From contig JAGAJR010000017.1 of the NCBI GenBank assembly GCA_017626035.1, positions 4,900-68,899 on the forward strand: DNA of 64,000 nucleotides, in the 5' to 3' direction. Every line of letters begins with the position of its first letter. The stretch's first letter is position 1. The notes below the pieces were generated by a model, which saw nothing but the letters and a program-made list of their open reading frames with translations, was not told the origin of the DNA and made no database searches. Positions 58,718-64,000 of this stretch are shown here, piece by piece. A program made the position numbers and the translations under genes. Source of the stretch: Alphaproteobacteria bacterium. GTDB lineage: Bacteria; Pseudomonadota; Alphaproteobacteria; RF32; CAG-239.

Positions 58718-60958
58718 ATGCATGACGTTATTATTGATGCTCCAAATCAAACTATTTCAATAAAGAACAAAAGGCTTGGACGGCCAAGAAAAAAACGCAA
58801 TTGGGGCGTGTATTTGTTTGACTGGCTGGTCAAAGGGCTGATGTTGTCTCTGCTTATCAGCATTAATTTTGTTTTATATTCAACGTCGGGCAATTATAAG
58901 CTTTTTCCTTCCGAATATATGCTTGCTCCGGAAATATTGTATATTTTGGCAGGAATATTCAGTGTCGTTATCGGTGTTTTGTTTCTGGTTTCTTTTTCAT
59001 CCTTTTTTCAAAATTTAATCAGTTCTTTTGTGGTGGCCGGTTTTGTTTTGGCAATGCTGAACCAGTTTGCGTTGTTTGATAAAACATCTATTCTTTCCGT
59101 TTGGGTGGAACAATATTTCGGAGCCGGTCCGGCACAATATTTCGTAGGTATTTCGCATATTGTTTTGGCTGTTGCCGCCGGTGTTTGTTTCTTTATTTTT
59201 CTGGTTATGGCATCCAATCAGAATATTGCGTATTTTACGGGCGTGTTGTTGGTTATCTTTGTCGGAATACTTGCCGATGCGTATTTACTGAGGGACAAGC
59301 AGGGGGCTTATAAGGTCGTTTATGACAATAAGCTTCAGGGAGAGCAGGAAAACGGCAAAAAATTTATTTATATCTTTTTGCCGAATGCTGCCGCTTATAA
59401 TTATCTGGAAGATATGAAAGAGACGAATACCAATTCCGACACTATTCAAAAGACGATGGATATTATGCTGGCTTTTTATGCCAAAAATAATTTTATGTTT
59501 TATCCGAATGCGTATGTGAAAGAGTTAGATCCTTTTATGAATATGGTAAAAAGCTTTAACAACGTGAATAAGCAAGATGCGGAAGCTTTTACTCTTAAAA
59601 ATGTGATAATGGACGGGTATTGGCGTTTTGACAATATCAGTGATGAATATGTTTATTTGAAAGACAATCATTTGTTTGACACTTTTCGCAAGGCTAAGTA
59701 CCGGATTTCCGCATATCAGTCCCGTGGAATCGATATGTGTCGCAAAAACAATGATATAGCTGTGGATAAATGTGTCGAAAAGCTTAATACGCCTATTAAT
59801 TTTGATGTGTTAAATGTTTCGGAAACGGAAAAGATAATTGTTTTGTTTTCTCAATGGATTAACAGTACCGGCCTGTTTCCGAACAAATCAACACTTTATA
59901 CATTGTTAAAAGCGGTTACGAATTCGGATGAACTTCCTTTGGTCGGAATTCCTTATGACGGTTTGTATGTGGTTGATTCCCTCAATTCATTAGATATGGC
60001 CGCAGAAGATATTGCTAAGGACAAGGGAAACCGGGCTTATTTTGTGTTTGTTGATTTGCCTGCGGATATGTTTGTTTATAATGAATTCTGTAAGGTGAAG
60101 AATCCTTCCAAGTGGTTGGCAATGGAGAGTTTGCCGTGGATTGTCAATAAGAATCTTTATAGCAAAAGAAATGCTTATATGGAACAAACGGAATGTTTGT
60201 ATGGCAAACTGGAAGAATTTCTCGGCAAGCTTAATAAAAACGGGCTGCTTGATGATTCCGTTATTGTTATTCAAGGTGTAAGCGGAGCTGATGATTTGCG
60301 TAATGTTCTTGATACCAGAAACTTTATTGCCGATTTTAAAAATAAGCGTTTGGTAACCATGGCTATCCGTGATCCTTTGAAAAAGAAATTTTCTTTGAAT
60401 TATGATGTTTGTTCGGCTCCGGATATTGTTAAGCAATATCTGTATAAGAAAGGAAAATGTCAGGAATTGGCATCTATGGAAATGCATGACGGAGCCAAGG
60501 ACGAAATTAAGGAAACTCTGAAAAAACTGACAATTTCAGAGGAAAATATTCATAAAGCAATGGTTGTGTTTGACAGTTGGTATAAAGATTGGGAAAAAGC
60601 CAGCAAAATTAAAGTCGCTCCGAATTTGCTGAAATCCAGATTAATGCCTCCGGGATTTGTTCCGAAAATGCAGCTCCCTGAAAACGAAGAGGGTGCCGCA
60701 AATGATAATGCTGAACCGGTTTCAGAGGAGAATGCTGTTGAAGGGGAAAATGTATCTGAAAAAGAGCAGGTAACGGATATTGGGGAAGAAGTTAATCTGG
60801 GAAAGGCCAAGGTTTTGGAAAATCCGGTAGAAATTGTTCCGGAAGATGAAGTTCAGGATTTTGGTAGCATGATGGCTAATGAACCGATTGAGGAAGAAAC
60901 TAATCCGGTTCCGGCTAATGATAATTCGGAAAAAACTTCGGCAGCGGCAGAAAAATAG
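58718..60958 (+). CDS. large polytopic membrane protein with divergent sulfatase/phosphoethanolamine-transferase-like periplasmic domain and acidic C-terminal tail
   Basis: About 5 N-terminal TM helices; soluble domain layout resembles the alkaline-phosphatase superfamily (KFIYIFLPNAAAY...; DDSVIVIQGVSGADD in place of an SDHG-type motif); AAGGAT RBS before the ATG at 58718; the upstream in-frame extension overlaps rpsD and its terminator. Confidence 0.45.
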   Translation: MHDVIIDAPNQTISIKNKRLGRPRKKRNWGVYLFDWLVKGLMLSLLISINFVLYSTSGNYKLFPSEYMLAPEILYILAGIFSVVIGVLFLVSFSSFFQNLISSFVVAGFVLAMLNQFALFDKTSILSVWVEQYFGAGPAQYFVGISHIVLAVAAGVCFFIFLVMASNQNIAYFTGVLLVIFVGILADAYLLRDKQGAYKVVYDNKLQGEQENGKKFIYIFLPNAAAYNYLEDMKETNTNSDTIQKTMDIMLAFYAKNNFMFYPNAYVKELDPFMNMVKSFNNVNKQDAEAFTLKNVIMDGYWRFDNISDEYVYLKDNHLFDTFRKAKYRISAYQSRGIDMCRKNNDIAVDKCVEKLNTPINFDVLNVSETEKIIVLFSQWINSTGLFPNKSTLYTLLKAVTNSDELPLVGIPYDGLYVVDSLNSLDMAAEDIAKDKGNRAYFVFVDLPADMFVYNEFCKVKNPSKWLAMESLPWIVNKNLYSKRNAYMEQTECLYGKLEEFLGKLNKNGLLDDSVIVIQGVSGADDLRNVLDTRNFIADFKNKRLVTMAIRDPLKKKFSLNYDVCSAPDIVKQYLYKKGKCQELASMEMHDGAKDEIKETLKKLTISEENIHKAMVVFDSWYKDWEKASKIKVAPNLLKSRLMPPGFVPKMQLPENEEGAANDNAEPVSEENAVEGENVSEKEQVTDIGEEVNLGKAKVLENPVEIVPEDEVQDFGSMMANEPIEEETNPVPANDNSEKTSAAAEK

Positions 60959-60973
60959 TTTTGGAATAGTATT

Positions 60974-62026
60974 TTGTTTGCAAAGCTCAGAGATAAAATA
61001 TTTGGAAATCTTTCTCCTATAACACAACGGAGAATATATGCTTTTAAGAAGAATAAGCGGGCTTTTTGGTCTTTGGTAATTTTTATTGCAGTTTTTTTTC
61101 TGAGTTTATGTTCTGAATTAATATCTAACGATAAGCCTTTGATTCTTAAATATAAAAACTCTTTTTATTTTCCCTCTTTTGTTGAATATTCCGATTTGGA
61201 TTTCGGAGGGGATTTTCCTACGCCGGCAGATTATACGGATCCTTATCTCAGCCGGAATATCAGGGAAAACGGTTGGATGCTGTTCCCGTTGATACCTTTT
61301 TCGTTTAATACGGTGGATTATGAATTGGATGTTCCGGCTCCGGCCGCTCCAAGTAAAAATCATTGGCTGGGAACAGATGAGGAAGGGCGGGATATTGTTG
61401 CCCGTGTATTATACGGTTTGCGGTTATCAATTGTTTTTGCTTTTGTTTTAACAATAGTGTCTTCTCTTATCGGTGTGTTTGTCGGTGCGGTGCAGGGGTA
61501 TTTCGGCGGAAAAATTGATATTGTTTTGCAGCGTTTTTTGGAAATTTGGGAATCTCTTCCGCAGTTGTTTATTTTAATCATTGTTTCCAGCATTTTTGTG
61601 CCGACATTTTGGACGCTTTTAATTATTTTATTGTTCTTTTCCTGGACTAATCTGACCAGTGTGGTTCGGGCAGAGTTTTTGCGAACCCGAAATTTTGAAT
61701 TTGTTCGTGCGGCCAAGGCTTTGGGGGTGAGTAATTTTCGGATTATTTACAGACATATTCTGCCTAATGCCATTATTGCAACAATTACATTTGTGCCGTT
61801 TATTTTGTCTGAAGCGATTGTTTCTTTGACTGCTTTGGACTTTTTGGGCTTAGGGCTTCCTTCCGAATATCCGTCTTTAGGTGATTTGGTGCGTCAGGGA
61901 AAAGATAATCTGCAGGCTCCGTGGATTGGTATAACGATTTTTATTGTTCTGTCTACACTTTTGACTTTGCTGATTTTTATCGGAGAAGGGGTGCGGGATG
62001 CTTATGATGCAAGGAAAAACAGATAA
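60974..62026 (+). CDS. yejE: peptide/microcin C ABC transporter permease YejE
   Basis: Colinear with E. coli YejE (SLCSELISNDKPL, DFGG, NHWLGTD, VVRAEFLRTRNFEFVRAAKALGVS, NLQAPWIGIT); probable TTG start. Confidence 0.85.
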   Translation: MFAKLRDKIFGNLSPITQRRIYAFKKNKRAFWSLVIFIAVFFLSLCSELISNDKPLILKYKNSFYFPSFVEYSDLDFGGDFPTPADYTDPYLSRNIRENGWMLFPLIPFSFNTVDYELDVPAPAAPSKNHWLGTDEEGRDIVARVLYGLRLSIVFAFVLTIVSSLIGVFVGAVQGYFGGKIDIVLQRFLEIWESLPQLFILIIVSSIFVPTFWTLLIILLFFSWTNLTSVVRAEFLRTRNFEFVRAAKALGVSNFRIIYRHILPNAIIATITFVPFILSEAIVSLTALDFLGLGLPSEYPSLGDLVRQGKDNLQAPWIGITIFIVLSTLLTLLIFIGEGVRDAYDARKNR

Positions 62027-63624
62027 TGCCGTTGCTTGATGTGAAAAATTTATCTGTTTTTTTTAAGGCAGATTCAGAAAAAGAAGATTATATTCAAGCT
62101 GTTAAGGGAATTTCTTTTAGTGTGGAAAAGGGAGAAGTTCTGGGAATTGTAGGGGAATCCGGTTCCGGAAAATCAGTCAGTGCCTTGTCCGTTTTAGGAC
62201 TTTTGCCATATCCCAGAGCCAGCCATGATCAGAAGTCATCCGTAAAATTTGAGGGGCGGGAACTGCTTCATGCCGGAGAAGCTTTTTTACAAAAAATCAG
62301 AGGAAATGAAATATCCTTTATTTTTCAAGAACCTATGTCATCTTTAAATCCGTTGCATACGATTGAAAAGCAAATATCCGAAACATTAATGCTTCATCGC
62401 GGAATGAGTGCAAAAGATGCCCGCAAAGAAGCCGTTCGTTTGTTAAAACTGACAGGAATCAAAAATGCCCAACAAAGGTTAAAGTCTTATCCTTTTGAAT
62501 TGTCGGGAGGGCAGCGACAAAGGGTGATGATTGCCATGGCTGTTGCCAATAACCCAAAATTATTGATTGCCGATGAACCGACAACAGCATTGGATGTTAC
62601 AATTCAGGCTCAAATTATTGATTTATTGCTGGATTTAAGAAAAAAACTCGGAATGTCAATTATTTTTATCAGCCATGATTTATCGGTTATTCGTAAAATT
62701 GCGGATAAAGTTTGTGTTATGAAAGACGGTAAAATTGTGGAGCAGGGAAGTATAACCGATGTTTTTGAAAATCCGAAATCAGATTATACTAAAACTTTAA
62801 TAAATTCTCATTTGCTCTTGAAAAATAATGATAAAAAGCACCCGTATTCCATCTTGGATGTTAAGAAAATGTCTGTTGTTTATCCGATAAAAAAGAATTT
62901 TTTGGGAAAAGTTGTTGAAGAGCTCAAAGCTGTGGATGAGGTTTCGTTGTCCTTAATGAAGGGGGAAACGTTAGGAATTGTGGGAGAGTCCGGTTCAGGA
63001 AAGACTACTTTGGGATTGGCTGCAGCCAACCTTATTCGAAGAGATAAAGGCGATGTTTGTTATAATTTTGATGAAAATCAGAGCGTTAGTCGGATAAATG
63101 AGAAATATATCCGCAAAAATATCCAAATTGTTTTTCAAGATCCTTATAACTCATTGAATCCTCGGATGAATATTGAAGAAATTGTTGGAGAGGGCTTGGA
63201 TGTGCATTTTCCGTCCTTATCAGTTAAGGAGAAAAAGTCCAGAATTGTAAAGGTATTGAAAGAAGTCGGATTGAACAGCAGTATCCTTTCAAAATATCCG
63301 CATGAATTTTCAGGAGGACAACGGCAGAGGATAGCTATTGCCAGAGCTTTAGTTTTGGAACCGGAGATTTTAGTTTTGGATGAGCCGACATCGGCATTGG
63401 ATGTTACAATACAAATGCAAATTGTAGAATTGTTGAATAAGATACAGCAAGACCGAAATTTGAGTTATATTTTTATTTCGCATGATATGAATGCAATTAA
63501 AGCTGTTTCGGACAGAGTTGCGGTTATGAAAGACGGAAAGCTGGTGGAGTTGAAAACTGCGACAGAAATTTTTAATTGTCCTGAAAATGATTATACCAAG
63601 AAATTAATTGCCGCAGCTCTGTAA
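62026..63624 (+). CDS. yejF: peptide/microcin C ABC transporter ATP-binding protein YejF (duplicated ATPase)
   Basis: Two Walker A (GESGSGKS) and two LSGGQRQR signature motifs; overlaps the yejE stop. Confidence 0.9.
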   Translation: MPLLDVKNLSVFFKADSEKEDYIQAVKGISFSVEKGEVLGIVGESGSGKSVSALSVLGLLPYPRASHDQKSSVKFEGRELLHAGEAFLQKIRGNEISFIFQEPMSSLNPLHTIEKQISETLMLHRGMSAKDARKEAVRLLKLTGIKNAQQRLKSYPFELSGGQRQRVMIAMAVANNPKLLIADEPTTALDVTIQAQIIDLLLDLRKKLGMSIIFISHDLSVIRKIADKVCVMKDGKIVEQGSITDVFENPKSDYTKTLINSHLLLKNNDKKHPYSILDVKKMSVVYPIKKNFLGKVVEELKAVDEVSLSLMKGETLGIVGESGSGKTTLGLAAANLIRRDKGDVCYNFDENQSVSRINEKYIRKNIQIVFQDPYNSLNPRMNIEEIVGEGLDVHFPSLSVKEKKSRIVKVLKEVGLNSSILSKYPHEFSGGQRQRIAIARALVLEPEILVLDEPTSALDVTIQMQIVELLNKIQQDRNLSYIFISHDMNAIKAVSDRVAVMKDGKLVELKTATEIFNCPENDYTKKLIAAAL

Positions 63625-63949
63625 AAACTGTGAGACGTTGCTGACGATAATTTATATGAATCTTTTTATTCATCTCGTTCTGAGAGTTCATTTGATTTTA
63701 GTTTCTTATTATACATAATATATATTATGCGACAAATACGTGTGAAGCAAAGAGCTCTTCTCTCGTGTAAATTATTTATTTTCAAGGTGTTACTCATTTT
63801 GTCAAAGATTAATATGTTTTTATAAAAAAGTATTTTTGATGTAAAATTAGTCAGTTATTTGAAGTTTGGCCGCTCAGAACGAGCTGAATAAAAATAAATG
63901 TATCGTTGAAGGTTTACGTCTTTTACAGGCTTCCTTTTTCAAGAATATA

Positions 63950-63985
63950 AAAAAGGCTCTGATTAATATCAAAGCCTTTTTCTTT
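63950..63985. terminator. possible bidirectional terminator hairpin in AT-rich region
   Basis: AAAGGCTCTGAT-taat-ATCAAAGCCTTT flanked by A- and T-runs. Confidence 0.4.
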
Positions 63986-64000
63986 TCTTTATTTGTTAAA

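Overview
This 64 kb window looks like chromosomal sequence from a moderately low-GC alphaproteobacterium. The lineage call rests on a Caulobacter-type CcrM adenine methyltransferase sitting next to rnhB, a GatCAB operon, and a flgB-flgC-fliE operon that carries a textbook sigma-54 promoter and a divergent FlhB-C-terminal-like gene. Most genes are core housekeeping: queH, rdgB, rnhB, ccrM, two tandem Ppx/GppA paralogs, rlmE, tldD-pmbA, rsmB, mgtE, lspA, a secreted M16 peptidase pair, pgi, mutL, mpg, ogt, mltB, rlpA, a PBP5/6-type D-alanyl-D-alanine carboxypeptidase, tmk-holB-tatD, metG, trkH, recA, fabI, sppA, gatCAB, ZIP, CoA-transferase A/B, rpsD and yejEF. There are four tRNA genes: Ala-GGC, Leu-GAG, Ser-TGA and Ser-GCT. 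Each one has partial duplicates of its own 5' or 3' end within about 250 bp, mostly flanked by terminator hairpins. The Ser-TGA locus in addition carries a 224-bp tandem unit with a 22-codon Arg-rich mini-ORF. These look like footprints of recurrent tRNA-targeted site-specific recombination; nothing like them is described for these loci as far as I can tell. Several apparent accessory insertions interrupt the core genes. A DHH/DHHA1 phosphoesterase plus a Vat-type streptogramin acetyltransferase homolog split the conserved tmk-holB-tatD-MBL-metG block. Two uncharacterized proteins are translationally coupled to tldD-pmbA. Low-GC genes encode secreted or lipoprotein products, one with an HExxH motif and one Cys-repeat protein. 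A TPR-methyltransferase/NUDIX/GNAT operon and a large polytopic membrane protein with a degenerate sulfatase-like domain precede an orphan yejEF. I found no CRISPR arrays, transposases or rRNA genes. Coordinates of start codons were chosen by RBS and homology logic and may be off by a few codons.
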